DNA from: an uncultured Clostridia bacterium
GTDB lineage: Bacteria > Bacillota > Clostridia > TANB77 > CAG-508
Assembly (NCBI GenBank): GCA_963556905.1
Contig: CAUWAY010000002.1
Coordinates: 837 to 64,836 of the forward strand
Direction: 5' to 3'
Length of the DNA stretch: 64,000 bases
In this document: positions 1-10,175 of the stretch, piece after piece
Numbering within the stretch: position 1 is the stretch's first letter
Layout of the letters: each line of letters opens with the position of its first letter
Notes under the pieces: model-generated
What the model was told of the DNA's origin: nothing
The model's input: only the letters and a program-made list of their open reading frames with translations
Databases searched by the model: none
Made by a program: the position numbers and the translations under genes

Positions 1-1
1 A

Positions 2-613
2 AAAAAAGTTGAAAAGAAAGAAGAAGTCTTTTATTTATTCGATAAAACATTTGTATCTGCAATAGACGCAGCAGATAATGGTCAAGTTATTAAAAACAAG
101 GTAATTCCTGTAATAACTTTGTCATCAGTTATAGCAACATTTAATCCAAATTGGGACGAAAATGAAGATTATGATGAAAATTTTTTAAAAGCTGTAGAAT
201 ATGCAGAAAAAATTTTTGATAACGAGTTAAAAAAGGCAATTTCCAAGATAAATGCGAAAGAAAAAGTAGAAAAAGCAATAGAGGAATCTAAAAATGGAAT
301 ATTACTATTAGAAAGATATATGCCATGGCAAGAACAACTATTTGCAACTAAATCACAAAAAGCAAAAGAAATTTATTTTGTTATATTTCCATCAAACAGA
401 GGAGGATATAATGCAGTGGCAGTACCAGACCTCGATGGATATCTTTGGAAGAAAAAGTTATTTCCAGAAGAGTGGGCTGGTCTAACAGGGGAAAAATTGG
501 CAGAAGTTGCAGGAGTAAAAAGTGCAAGCTTTTGCCATTTGGGAAGATTCATTGCAAGTGCTCAAACATTAGAGGATATCTTGTTAATGGCGCAAAAGGC
601 TATTGAAGCTTAA
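2..613 (+). CDS. MYG1/UPF0160-family metal-dependent hydrolase, C-terminal part (5' end outside window)
   Basis: The frame is open from nt 2 (KKVEKKEEVFYLFDKTFVSAIDAADNGQV...), so the Met at 119 is internal. The C-terminal LFPEEWAGLTGEKLAEVAGV...FCHLGRFIA resembles the MYG1 family. A long hairpin terminator follows. Confidence 0.5.
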   Translation, partial: KKVEKKEEVFYLFDKTFVSAIDAADNGQVIKNKVIPVITLSSVIATFNPNWDENEDYDENFLKAVEYAEKIFDNELKKAISKINAKEKVEKAIEESKNGILLLERYMPWQEQLFATKSQKAKEIYFVIFPSNRGGYNAVAVPDLDGYLWKKKLFPEEWAGLTGEKLAEVAGVKSASFCHLGRFIASAQTLEDILLMAQKAIEA

Positions 614-624
614 AATTATTATGA

Positions 625-668
625 AATAAGACAGTAAATGTAGTACATTTACTGTCTTATTTGTATTA
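625..668 (+). terminator. Rho-independent terminator after the MYG1-like gene
   Basis: Perfect 18-nt arms aataagacagtaaatgta / tacatttactgtcttatt (625-642 / 644-661) followed by T-rich sequence. Confidence 0.7.
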
Positions 669-701
669 CACAAAATAAAAAACATTATTTTACATAAATA
701 C

Positions 702-730
702 TTGATTTTTACGCTAAAATGCATTATAAT
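702..730 (+). promoter_or_regulatory. Sigma-A type promoter of lysS
   Basis: TTGATT (702-707), 17-nt spacer, TATAAT (725-730), about 55 nt upstream of the lysS ATG. Confidence 0.6.
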
Positions 731-784
731 TGACATATATTTTTGAGAAAAATTATAAGATACTAAGAAAGGAAAAACATAAAC

Positions 785-2284
785 ATGAAAGAAAATAATA
801 GTCAAAATCAAGAAATAGAATTAGATGAAAATCATCTAATACAAATAAGAAAAGACAAATTAAAAGAATTACAAGAACAAGGAAAAAATCCATTTGAAAT
901 AACAAAATTTAATAGAACAAATACATCAGGAGAAATAAAATCAAATTATGAGAAATTTGAACAAAAGGATGTAGCAGTTGCAGGAAGAATAATAGCAAAA
1001 AGAATAATGGGAAAAGCATCATTTTGCACAATACAAGACAGTGATGAAAAAATTCAAAGTTATGTAAGCATAAATGATTTAGGAGAAGAAAGCTACAAAG
1101 CATTTAAAACATATGACATAGGAGATATAATAGGAATAAGTGGATTTGTATTTAAAACAAAAACAGAAGAAATCTCAATACATGCAAAAGAAGTAATACT
1201 ATTATCAAAATCACTAAGACCACTACCAGAGAAATTTCATGGATTAAAAGATGTAGACCTAAGATATAGACAAAGATATGTAGACTTAATAATGAATCCA
1301 GAAGTAAAGGAAACATTCATAAAAAGAAGTCAAATAATAAGTGAAATAAGGAATATATTAAATGAAAAAGGATATTTAGAAGTAGAAACACCAGTACTAA
1401 ACACAATATCAGGAGGAGCAACAGCAAAACCATTTATAACACACCATAATACACTAGATATACCAATGTATTTAAGAATAGCAACAGAATTAAACTTAAA
1501 AAGACTAATTGTAGGCGGATATGATAAAGTATATGAAATGGGAAGAATATTTAGAAATGAAGGAATGGATATAAGGCATAATCCAGAATTTACATCAATT
1601 GAATTATATTCCGCATATGAAGACTATAATGACATGATGAACATAACAGAAGAAATTTTCAAAAGATGTGCTATGAAAGTATGTGGAACAACAACAATAA
1701 ACTATCAAGGAACAGAAATTGACTTAAGTGGAAAATGGAAAAGAATCACAATGATAGATAGTATTAAAGAAGCATGTGGAATAGACTTTAACACAATAAA
1801 TACAGACGAAGAAGCTATAGCTTTAGCTAAAGAAAGAAAAATAGAAATACCAGCAGGAAAAGAAACAAGAGGACATATAATAAGCCTATTTTTTGATGAA
1901 TATGTTGAAGAAACATTAATACAACCAACATTTATATATGATTATCCAGTAGAAATATCACCACTTGCAAAAAAATCATCAAAAGACTCAAGATTAACAG
2001 AAAGATTTGAAGCATTTATTGGTGGTAGAGAATACGGAAATGCATTTTCAGAACTAAATGACCCAATAGACCAATATGAAAGATTTAAAGAAGAAATTGC
2101 AGCAAGAGAAAATGGAGACGAAGAAGCTGGAATGATGGATGAAGACTTTATAAATGCTCTAGAATATGGAATGCCACCAACAGGAGGACTTGGAATAGGA
2201 ATAGATAGACTTGTTATGTTATTGACAGATTCAGCATCAATAAGAGATGTATTACTATTTCCAACAATGAAACCATTAAACTAA
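785..2284 (+). CDS. lysS: Lysine--tRNA ligase (class II)
   Basis: 499 aa with an N-terminal OB-fold region. Class II motifs [14 protein letters not shown] and [15 protein letters not shown] are present, and the length is typical for LysS. Confidence 0.95.
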   Translation: MKENNSQNQEIELDENHLIQIRKDKLKELQEQGKNPFEITKFNRTNTSGEIKSNYEKFEQKDVAVAGRIIAKRIMGKASFCTIQDSDEKIQSYVSINDLGEESYKAFKTYDIGDIIGISGFVFKTKTEEISIHAKEVILLSKSLRPLPEKFHGLKDVDLRYRQRYVDLIMNPEVKETFIKRSQIISEIRNILNEKGYLEVETPVLNTISGGATAKPFITHHNTLDIPMYLRIATELNLKRLIVGGYDKVYEMGRIFRNEGMDIRHNPEFTSIELYSAYEDYNDMMNITEEIFKRCAMKVCGTTTINYQGTEIDLSGKWKRITMIDSIKEACGIDFNTINTDEEAIALAKERKIEIPAGKETRGHIISLFFDEYVEETLIQPTFIYDYPVEISPLAKKSSKDSRLTERFEAFIGGREYGNAFSELNDPIDQYERFKEEIAARENGDEEAGMMDEDFINALEYGMPPTGGLGIGIDRLVMLLTDSASIRDVLLFPTMKPLN

Positions 2285-2306
2285 AATATTGATAAATTTT
2301 TATACT

Positions 2307-2340
2307 AAAAAGCTAATCAAAAATGATTAGCTTTTTACTT
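2307..2340. terminator. Hairpin terminator between convergent lysS and the peptidase gene
   Basis: aaaaagctaatca / tgattagcttttt arms with a 4-nt loop, with A-run and T-run on either side (could act bidirectionally). Confidence 0.7.
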
Positions 2341-2369
2341 TATAATAATAGAATTAAGAAAATCAATAA

Positions 2370-3129
2370 TTAGTAACTTTCTATATATAAAGCCTTAGCT
2401 AAATAAGGAGTAACTTCATTTATATCATACCAACCAGAACTCTTACTATCATTTTTACCACCGATTAGGATTAGAGACATAAACATTTCCTTTATTATCA
2501 GTAGCAAGTAAGGCCATATAATGAGAAGCAGTAGTCCAACGATTATTATTAGGTTTATTCCAAACGCAAATAATAATAGGTCTATTTGTATTTAGATGTT
2601 CAATAATCTTTTTATTAGACAAATGAACACTATCATAATAAAAATCAGAATTTTTAATTTCATATGTAGAAAACAACTCTTCAGAAAGCTTGTCATGATT
2701 CATGACAGGATAATATTTTTTTCTAAGATCATCAGGAGAAAAATTTTTACCATATCCACTTAATATAATAGCCATAGTAGTTATACCACAACCATTTTGT
2801 GACATAGTACCATTCCAATAATCTTTTTTACTCCAAGAAGAATTACCATTTTGTTTATATTCTTTATAAACTTTTTTATTACTATCAATAGTAGTAAATG
2901 TAGTAAAATATCCATCTTCATTATATATTTTTTCCTGACCAATTCCAGAATAATTTTTATTTTCATCTAATTTAATTGTTTTATAATTAGAAATATTTTC
3001 AAAATTAGAAATATTAAAATAATCAGAAAATATATAATTATTTTTAATTAAAAAATAAATTACCAAGCAAATAGTTATCACCAATAATATAAACTTTTTA
3101 AAATTACATTTTCTTTTAATATTACTCAT
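2370..3129 (-). CDS. Membrane-anchored C39-like (papain-fold) cysteine peptidase domain protein; the reading frame changes by +1 at 2461-2463
   Basis: N-terminal TM helix, Cys motif QNGCGITTMAIILSGYG and His motif ASHYMALLATDNKGNVYVSNPN. The zero frame stops at 2455. The +1 frame continues GGKNDSKSSGWYDINEVTPYLAKALYIESY to a stop at 2370-2372. Confidence 0.6.
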
Positions 3130-3317
3130 AAAAATATCCTCCCTAAGACATGCCTATATTATACAAATAAAATTAAAAAATAGTTTTAAGAAACTATTAA
3201 TAAATTATTAAATTTTTCTTTACATACCATTTAAAATTAAAAAGATATAGTCAAATAATTGAAATTTTTAAAAAAATATGATATAGTATATAAATAAAAT
3301 TGATTTAGGAGGATAAT

Positions 3318-4052
3318 ATGTTCGGATTTGGAGTAGACAAAAAAGCACTATATATAATAATAGGAATATTAGTATTAATATCACTTTTTAGTTTAGGAAC
3401 AGAAGGAATCTTTAATTTAGTACTATCTATTCCAGCAGTACTATTAGCAATAACTGTACATGAATTTGGTCATGCATTTGCAGCATACAAATTAGGAGAT
3501 GACACTCCATTGAGGCAAGGAAGACTAAGTTTAAATCCACTTGACCACGTAGATCCGCTAGGAATAGCAATGTTATTATTTGCACATATAGGATGGGGGA
3601 AACCAGTTCAAGTAGACCCAAGAAATTACAATAGAAACATAACAGTAGAAAAAGCAGATGCAATTGTATCATTTGCAGGACCACTAATGAACTTCATAAC
3701 AGCAATAATATTTGCATTAATATATTGTGCAATTTGGAAGTTTGCAGGAATAACATTTATAACAAGCAATGTAGGATCTATAGTAATATCAATAGTAGCA
3801 AGTGTAATAACAATGGATATAGGTTTAGGAATATTTAACTTAATCCCGTTACCACCTTTAGATGGTTCAAAAATATTTTTACCAATATTGCCATATAATG
3901 CAAAATCTTGGTTTATAGAAAACGAAAGAATATTTTATATAATATTTTTAGTAATATGGATATCAGGAATTGCAGGAAACTTAATATCACCATTAATAAG
4001 TAAAATGACAGAATGGGTAATAACATTTGCAATGAATGTATTTGGTTTATAA
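3318..4052 (+). CDS. Site-2 protease family (M50) integral membrane zinc metalloprotease
   Basis: HEFGH zinc motif inside a TM helix and the second motif NLIPLPPLDGSK; multiple TM segments. Confidence 0.85.
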   Translation: MFGFGVDKKALYIIIGILVLISLFSLGTEGIFNLVLSIPAVLLAITVHEFGHAFAAYKLGDDTPLRQGRLSLNPLDHVDPLGIAMLLFAHIGWGKPVQVDPRNYNRNITVEKADAIVSFAGPLMNFITAIIFALIYCAIWKFAGITFITSNVGSIVISIVASVITMDIGLGIFNLIPLPPLDGSKIFLPILPYNAKSWFIENERIFYIIFLVIWISGIAGNLISPLISKMTEWVITFAMNVFGL

Positions 4053-4088
4053 AACATAAAGGAGAAAAGCAATAGCTAAAACATAAAA

Positions 4089-5087
4089 ATGGAAAAAGAA
4101 ATAATAGTATTAGGAATAGAAACGAGTTGTGATGAAACCTCTGTAGCCATAATAAAAAATGGCAGAGAGGTTTTAGCCAATATAATAGATACACAAATAA
4201 AAATTCATGAGCAATTTGGAGGAGTTGTACCAGAAATTGCATCAAGGAATCATATAGAAGCAATATCAAGAGTAACAAAAAAAGCATTAGAAGAAGCAAA
4301 AATAAAATTAGAAGATATAGACGTAATAGCGCCAACATATGGACCTGGTCTAGTAGGAGCACTATTAGTAGGAGTATCATATGGTAGAGGCTTAGCATAT
4401 GCTTTAAACAAGCCACTTGTAGGTGTAAATCATTTAGAAGGGCATATTGCTGCAAATTACATAACACACAAAGATTTGAAACCACCTTTTTTATGTATGC
4501 TAACATCAGGAGGAAACACACAAATTGTATATGTAAAAGACTACTGTAATATGGAAGTATTAGGACGAACAAGAGATGATGCAATAGGAGAAGCATTTGA
4601 TAAAGTTGCTAGAGTTATAGGATTAACATATCCAGGAGGACCAAAAATAGATAAACTATCCCAAAATGGACAAGCAATAATAAAATTTCCACAAACACAC
4701 TTTGAAAACTTAGACTTTAGTTTTAGTGGTATAAAAACAGCAGTAATAAATTTACATCACAAAAATCCTGAAATAAATAGAGAAGACTTATGCATGAGTT
4801 TTGAAAAAGCAGTAACAGAAGTATTAATAGACAATATAACTAAGGCAGTAGAACAAACAGGTATAAATAAAATAGTTTTAGCTGGAGGAGTTTCAGCAAA
4901 TACACATATAAGAAGTGAATTTGAAAAATTAGAAAAAAAGCTAAAAGCAAAAGTATATAAACCAGACTTAAAATTATGTACAGACAATGCGGCAATGATA
5001 GGATGTGCGGGGTATTATAGATTTTTGAATGGAGATTTGTCAGAAAATACACTAAATGCAGTGCCAAACTTAAAAATAGGAGAATAA
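4089..5087 (+). CDS. tsaD: tRNA N6-adenosine threonylcarbamoyltransferase
   Basis: [13 protein letters not shown]-terminus, NHLEGHI metal motif, GGVSAN and [10 protein letters not shown]-terminal motifs; 332 aa. Confidence 0.93.
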   Translation: MEKEIIVLGIETSCDETSVAIIKNGREVLANIIDTQIKIHEQFGGVVPEIASRNHIEAISRVTKKALEEAKIKLEDIDVIAPTYGPGLVGALLVGVSYGRGLAYALNKPLVGVNHLEGHIAANYITHKDLKPPFLCMLTSGGNTQIVYVKDYCNMEVLGRTRDDAIGEAFDKVARVIGLTYPGGPKIDKLSQNGQAIIKFPQTHFENLDFSFSGIKTAVINLHHKNPEINREDLCMSFEKAVTEVLIDNITKAVEQTGINKIVLAGGVSANTHIRSEFEKLEKKLKAKVYKPDLKLCTDNAAMIGCAGYYRFLNGDLSENTLNAVPNLKIGE

Positions 5088-5115
5088 AAACTTTTTTGAG
5101 AAAGGAAAATAAACA

Positions 5116-5820
5116 ATGTCAATATTTGTAATAGCAGATTTGCACTTATCTTTTAATAACCCAAAACCAATGGATATATTTGGAGAAAACTGGATAAAAC
5201 ATGAAGAAAAAATAAGAAAAAATTGGATAGAAAATGTAAAAAAAGAAGATTTAGTTATTTTACCAGGTGACTTTTCATGGGAAACATACTTAGAAAAAAC
5301 AAAATTAGATTTCGAATACTTAAATAAAATGCCAGGAAACAAAATATTATTAAAAGGAAATCATGATTATTGGTGGACAACGGTTACATCCATGAGAAAA
5401 TTTTTACGAGAAAATAACTTTACAAATATTGATTTTTTGTATAATAATAGTTATGAATACAATGGAAAAATTTTATGTGGAACAAGAGGTTGGAGTATTG
5501 TAGATGAACAAATGGATAAAAAACTTATAAATAGAGAACTTATAAGATTAGAATTATCAATAAAAGATGGAATAAATAGATTTGGAAATGATAAAGAAAT
5601 AATAGTATTTATGCACTATCCACCTATTACAAAAGCAAAAATAGTAGCACAGGAAGAAGTAGAATTTGTAAAAATGATGAAAAAGTACAATATAAAAAGA
5701 TGCTATTATGGGCACTTACATGGAGCATCAATTGCAGATGCAGTTGAAGGGGAAGTTGAAGGAATCGATTTCAAATTAGTGAGTGCAGATAAAATGAATT
5801 TTAAATTATTGAAAATATAA
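5116..5820 (+). CDS. Calcineurin-like metallophosphoesterase
   Basis: ADLHL, PGDFSW, GNHDYWW, MHYPP and GHLHG motifs in canonical order. Confidence 0.75.
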   Translation: MSIFVIADLHLSFNNPKPMDIFGENWIKHEEKIRKNWIENVKKEDLVILPGDFSWETYLEKTKLDFEYLNKMPGNKILLKGNHDYWWTTVTSMRKFLRENNFTNIDFLYNNSYEYNGKILCGTRGWSIVDEQMDKKLINRELIRLELSIKDGINRFGNDKEIIVFMHYPPITKAKIVAQEEVEFVKMMKKYNIKRCYYGHLHGASIADAVEGEVEGIDFKLVSADKMNFKLLKI

Positions 5821-5898
5821 ACAAGAATTTTTTTGAAAGATTCTTGTTTTTTCATTTGGAATATAGTAGAATAAACAGAAACAAGGGGGGAGGAAAAT

Positions 5899-7944
5899 AT
5901 GTTAGATTTAAACAAAGATGTAAAATATGTAAAAACAGTAGGACCTAATAGAGTAAAACTATTAAACAAATTAAATATATATACACTAAAAGACTTAATA
6001 ACATATTACCCAAGAGATTATGAAGACAGAAGTAGACCTAAGAATTTATATGAATGTATGGATGGCGAAGAAGTTTTAATACAAGCAATGGCAACAGGTA
6101 CAATTACGGAAATGCATAAAGGAAAAATGACAATAAGTAGATTAATTGTAAAAGACCAAACAGGAACATGCTATATAACATGGTTTAATCAAGGGTATTT
6201 AAGAGACAAATTTCAACCTGGAAAAATTTATAGATTTTTTGGGAAAATATCTATAAAAAGCGGAAGATTCGAAATGAATTCACCAGTATATGATGAAATA
6301 AATCAAAGTAAAAATACAGGAAAAATAATTCCAATATATCCATTAACATATGAATTAAAACAAAGTACTTTAAGAAGAATAATAGAAAACGGATTAGAAG
6401 AAATAAAAGGTAAACTTCCTGAAACGCTTCCAGAAGAAATGTTAAAAGAAAACAATTTGTGGGATATAAATCAAAGTATAGAAAGAATTCATTTTCCACA
6501 AGAATTTTCTGATTTTAATAAAGCTCGTCAAAGACTAGTATTTGAAGAACTTTTAACAATGCAACTAGCATTATTAAAATTAAAAAATAATTATGAACAT
6601 GATACAAATGGAATACAATTTAGTAAACAAATAAAAATGTCAGATGTAATAAATATATTGCCATTTAAACTTACAAAAGCACAATTAAGAGTATTAGAAG
6701 AAATAGATAAAGATATGGAAAGTAATAAGCCTATGAATAGACTATTACAAGGAGATGTTGGTTCAGGGAAAACAGTTGTTGCAATGATTTCGGCATATAA
6801 AGCAGTAAAATCAGGATATCAAGTAGCAATAATGGCACCGACTGCGATACTTGCTAGTCAACACTTAGAAAGCTTTCAAAATATATTAGAACAATTTGGA
6901 ATAAGAAGTGCTCTATTAATTTCAAGTATAACAAAAAAGAAAAAACAAGAAATATTAGAAAAACTACAAAATGGTGAAATTGATATACTAATAGGAACTC
7001 ATGCAATATTAGAAGAAAATGTAATATTTAAAAATTTAGGATTAGTAGTAACAGATGAGCAACATAGATTTGGTGTAAAACAACGTAGTACAATAGCATT
7101 AAAAGCTCAAAATCCAGACATTATAGCAATGTCTGCAACTCCAATACCAAGAACTTTGGCATTAATACTATATGGTGACTTAGATATTTCAATAATTGAT
7201 GAACTACCACCAAATAGAAAAAAAATAGAAACATTTGCAGTTAGAAAAAATATGGAAGAAAGAGTTAATGGATTTATTAGGAAACAAGTAGATGATGGAA
7301 GACAAGCGTATATAGTATGTCCATTAGTTGAAGAAAACGACGAGATGGATTTAAAGTCTGTAATAGAGCTTGCAGAAAAATATCAAAAAGAGACATTTAG
7401 TAATTATAGTGTTGCATACTTGCATGGAAAAATGAAAGCAAAAGAAAAAGACGAAATTATGCAAAAATTTAAAAATGGAGAAATTCAAATTTTAATATCA
7501 ACTACTGTAATCGAAGTTGGGGTAAATGTTCCAAATGCAAGTATAATGGTAGTTGAAAATGCAGAAAGATTTGGACTTGCACAATTGCATCAGTTACGTG
7601 GAAGAGTTGGTAGAGGAGAATATCAATCTTATTGTATTTTAAAATATGATGGAAATGGAGAAACAATAAGACAACGCATGAAAGTAATGTGTGATACAAA
7701 TGATGGATTTATTATTTCTGAAAAAGATTTAGAACTTAGAGGATCAGGAGATTTCTTTGGAACAGAGCAACATGGACTTCCAGAATTTAAAATTGCTAAT
7801 TTGTTTGAAGATGTTGGAACATTAAAAAAAGTTCAAAGTATTGCAATGAAAATAATGGAAGATGATCCATTATTGCAAAAAGAAAAAAATAAAAAATTAA
7901 ATGAATTAGTAAAAGAAAAGTTTAGTTCAAGAATAGAAATATAG
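5899..7944 (+). CDS. recG: ATP-dependent DNA helicase RecG
   Basis: 681 aa with an N-terminal wedge/OB region. Helicase motifs GDVGSGKT, TDEQHRFG, SATPIPRT and QLRGRVGRG are present. Confidence 0.93.
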   Translation: MLDLNKDVKYVKTVGPNRVKLLNKLNIYTLKDLITYYPRDYEDRSRPKNLYECMDGEEVLIQAMATGTITEMHKGKMTISRLIVKDQTGTCYITWFNQGYLRDKFQPGKIYRFFGKISIKSGRFEMNSPVYDEINQSKNTGKIIPIYPLTYELKQSTLRRIIENGLEEIKGKLPETLPEEMLKENNLWDINQSIERIHFPQEFSDFNKARQRLVFEELLTMQLALLKLKNNYEHDTNGIQFSKQIKMSDVINILPFKLTKAQLRVLEEIDKDMESNKPMNRLLQGDVGSGKTVVAMISAYKAVKSGYQVAIMAPTAILASQHLESFQNILEQFGIRSALLISSITKKKKQEILEKLQNGEIDILIGTHAILEENVIFKNLGLVVTDEQHRFGVKQRSTIALKAQNPDIIAMSATPIPRTLALILYGDLDISIIDELPPNRKKIETFAVRKNMEERVNGFIRKQVDDGRQAYIVCPLVEENDEMDLKSVIELAEKYQKETFSNYSVAYLHGKMKAKEKDEIMQKFKNGEIQILISTTVIEVGVNVPNASIMVVENAERFGLAQLHQLRGRVGRGEYQSYCILKYDGNGETIRQRMKVMCDTNDGFIISEKDLELRGSGDFFGTEQHGLPEFKIANLFEDVGTLKKVQSIAMKIMEDDPLLQKEKNKKLNELVKEKFSSRIEI

Positions 7945-7992
7945 AATAGTACTGGTTCATAGGAACAGTATAGAAAAGGATGTTGATTAGAT

Positions 7993-8184
7993 ATGTTACA
8001 AATAGTTTTAAAATTAATTGGAGCAATAATTAGTTTAGCAGGAGTAGTATTAATATATGATGCTCGTACTATTACAAAAAAAGTTTTTGGTTTTGGAGAT
8101 CAAAATGAAGCGACAAGTGGATTAAAAATTTTTGGATTTATTTTAAGTATTTTTGGAGCATTAATAATATATTTTTGTATATAA
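7993..8184 (+). CDS. Small two-TM membrane protein, function unknown
   Basis: 63 aa with two hydrophobic helices and a GGA-rich RBS region upstream. No recognisable family. Confidence 0.4.
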   Translation: MLQIVLKLIGAIISLAGVVLIYDARTITKKVFGFGDQNEATSGLKIFGFILSIFGALIIYFCI

Positions 8185-8272
8185 TTAAAACTACTTATAG
8201 AAAATGAAGCAAATTTTGCTTTATTTTCTATTATATTAAAATAAAAAATATTTAAAATTTATTCAAAAATTA

Positions 8273-8301
8273 TTGACAATATTTTTTAAATGTGGTACTA
8301 T
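8273..8301 (+). promoter_or_regulatory. Promoter of tRNA-Leu
   Basis: TATTGACAAT context with TTGACA at 8273-8278, a 17-nt spacer and TACTAT at 8296-8301 preceded by TG. An A/T-rich UP-like tract lies upstream. Confidence 0.6.
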
Positions 8302-8386
8302 ATAAAATGTCAATTAAATTAGTGCAAATATTTAATTGACATTATAAATTGATTTTAAAGTGAATTAAAATCAAAAATAAAAATAT

Positions 8387-8470
8387 GCGGATGTGGCGGA
8401 ACTGGCAGACGCGCTGGTCTTAGGAACCAGTACCAACGGTGTGGAGGTTCAAGTCCTCTCATCCGCACCA
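8387..8470 (+). tRNA. tRNA-Leu (anticodon TAG), CCA encoded
   Basis: Acceptor stem gcggatg/catccgc, anticodon stem ctggt/accag with loop cTTAGga, a long variable arm, TPsiC ggttcaagtcc and a 3' CCA. Confidence 0.9.
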
Positions 8471-8510
8471 ATGACGTTTCTATTCGAACTTTATAGGACA
8501 GATAGATATA

Positions 8511-8541
8511 AAAATCAATCAGTAAAATGGTTGATTTTTTC
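8511..8541 (+). terminator. Terminator after tRNA-Leu
   Basis: aaaatcaatc / ggttgatttt hairpin followed by a T-run. Confidence 0.55.
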
Positions 8542-8696
8542 TTTTGCAAAAATATCATCCTAAATAAAGTAGCATTATATATTTTTTATTGTATTAACAA
8601 TGCAAAGTAACAAGATTATTTGCTTTTTGTGTTGATTTGTGGTAAAATTAAAGTAGTTACTTTTGTGTAATTATTAAATTTAAGGAGGCTTACCTC

Positions 8697-9038
8697 ATGG
8701 AAGTCAACAATGCAAGAATTAAAAATGTAACTGTGGAGTTGAATGATCGGGATCATTTGTCCGTAAAGCTGACTTTTGAAAGTCAGCTTTACGGCTACAG
8801 AGCGGAATTCATGCTCAACAATCCAAGAAATGATCAACTTCTGGTCAAGCTTATGAAGTATACAGGCGTAGTTGAGGTTAAAAAAATGAAGAACAAAGTT
8901 GTTCGTATAGTCACCCATGACAACTGTTTCTTCCTTGGATTTGGAGATCCTATCGAGGACAAGTTCATTCCTGCTTTTGGTGAAGAACTTAAGGAACTTA
9001 CTGAAGCTCAGTTTGAAGAACTTCTGAACTCCCAATAA
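8697..9038 (+). CDS. Hypothetical protein in a GC-enriched (about 40%) segment, probably horizontally acquired
   Basis: Strong RBS AAGGAGG 8 nt before the ATG; 113 aa; own terminator. Composition is clearly above the about 28% background, and it contains the only ordinary in-frame CGG seen in the window. No family recognised. Confidence 0.55.
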   Translation: MEVNNARIKNVTVELNDRDHLSVKLTFESQLYGYRAEFMLNNPRNDQLLVKLMKYTGVVEVKKMKNKVVRIVTHDNCFFLGFGDPIEDKFIPAFGEELKELTEAQFEELLNSQ

Positions 9039-9055
9039 AGTTTCATTTACTCCTT

Positions 9056-9089
9056 ACAAGGACACCTTAATAAATTAGGGTGTCCTTGT
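9056..9089 (+). terminator. Hairpin after ORF 8697-9038
   Basis: acaaggacacc / ggtgtccttgt 11-bp perfect stem with an 11-12 nt loop; the T-tract is weak. Confidence 0.5.
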
Positions 9090-9431
9090 TCCATTTATCT
9101 TATATTTGTCAAATGAAAAAAATGAGGATTTTATGGTGTGATATGATAAGTATTATAAAGGAGAAAAAATAGATAATAAAGAAATGTATCATTTAGGTGC
9201 ACTATAAAAGATTTAGGCAAAAAATGTTTTGGAATTAACAAAATTGAAGATACAGAAATTATAAATAAGGTTATAAATTTATAAAATTAAATTTTCATTT
9301 GAATATATGGGAAAATCTTGCAAAATCAAGAAAAAAGTGATAAAATAATTATGTTAAATTCTTTTAATCCTGTTTTACAGGTTGATATATAGACTGCAAA
9401 TGTAAAATAAATATTTTAAGGAGGGATTTAT

Positions 9432-9920
9432 ATGTTGATTCTGATTTTAGGAATAGCAGTGATTACTCTTATCACATTTCTTGTGTTACGAGTAAGATAT
9501 GCTAGTAGAAAAAGTGACTTTGGTTTTACTGTGTATGATTTCTTTTTGGCAATGTGTTGGCTATTGGGTATTGTATGTATAGGCTTGATTATTGCAATTT
9601 GTTATTTAACATTCAGTGTAGCAACAGCAAGTACAATTGATGATAAAATTGAAATGTATCAAGAAGAAAATGCAATAATTGAACAAGACATTGACAGAAT
9701 TGTCGAAGAGTACTTAAAACACGAACAAGATACCTTTACAGACCTAAAAACAGAAGAAAGTTCAATTACATTAGTTACTTTGTTTCCAGAACTCAAGTCG
9801 GATAAACTTGTTCAGCAGCAGTTAGAAATATATGTTGCGAATAATGTGAAAATTAAAAGATTGAGAGAAGAAAAAATTGACATTGCCAAACTAAAATGGC
9901 TACTTTATTTTGGTAAGTAA
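9432..9920 (+). CDS. Hypothetical membrane protein (two N-terminal TM helices plus a coiled-coil tail)
   Basis: Strong RBS AAGGAGGG; 162 aa; followed by two hairpin terminators. Confidence 0.5.
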   Translation: MLILILGIAVITLITFLVLRVRYASRKSDFGFTVYDFFLAMCWLLGIVCIGLIIAICYLTFSVATASTIDDKIEMYQEENAIIEQDIDRIVEEYLKHEQDTFTDLKTEESSITLVTLFPELKSDKLVQQQLEIYVANNVKIKRLREEKIDIAKLKWLLYFGK

Positions 9921-9930
9921 TTGAATCGCC

Positions 9931-9970
9931 AAAACTCTCTATCACCAAAAAAGTTGATAGAGAGTTTTTG
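9931..9970 (+). terminator. Terminator after ORF 9432-9920
   Basis: aaaactctctatca / tgatagagagtttt 14-bp stem plus T-run. A second hairpin, aatatcaag...cttgatatt plus T6, follows. Confidence 0.7.
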
Positions 9971-10175
9971 ATAATTTTAAGTATATACTTTAATATCAAG
10001 AGCTTTAGAAAACATACTTGATATTATTTTTTGTCAATTTTTCTAAGTTCTAATAAACATCATATTTAACTCAAAATTTATAAACATTTTTAAATTTATA
10101 GACATATTGAAAATAATATTGTAAAATATATTCATAGTTAAAAGTGTGATATTGTAAAGTACGGAGGAAAAATAA

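Noticed and set aside
3913-4596. 227-aa minus-strand ORF antisense to the end of the M50 gene and to tsaD
   Set aside because: It is leucine-rich low-complexity sequence spanning an intergenic region and two well-supported plus-strand genes, so it is a shadow ORF.
8616-9035. 139-aa antisense ORF covering the whole GC-rich gene 8697-9038
   Set aside because: The plus-strand ORF has a consensus RBS and terminator, and the antisense one has neither. Its openness is probably a by-product of the higher GC and the internal palindrome. It is kept only as part of the palindrome finding.
9039-9431. Hidden small gene or ncRNA in the 390-nt gap after ORF 8697-9038
   Set aside because: There are only very short ORFs (for example a 16-codon ORF, MRILWCDMISIIKEKK), no convincing promoter-terminator pair and no conserved-looking structure. 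This is probably degraded intergenic DNA of the island.
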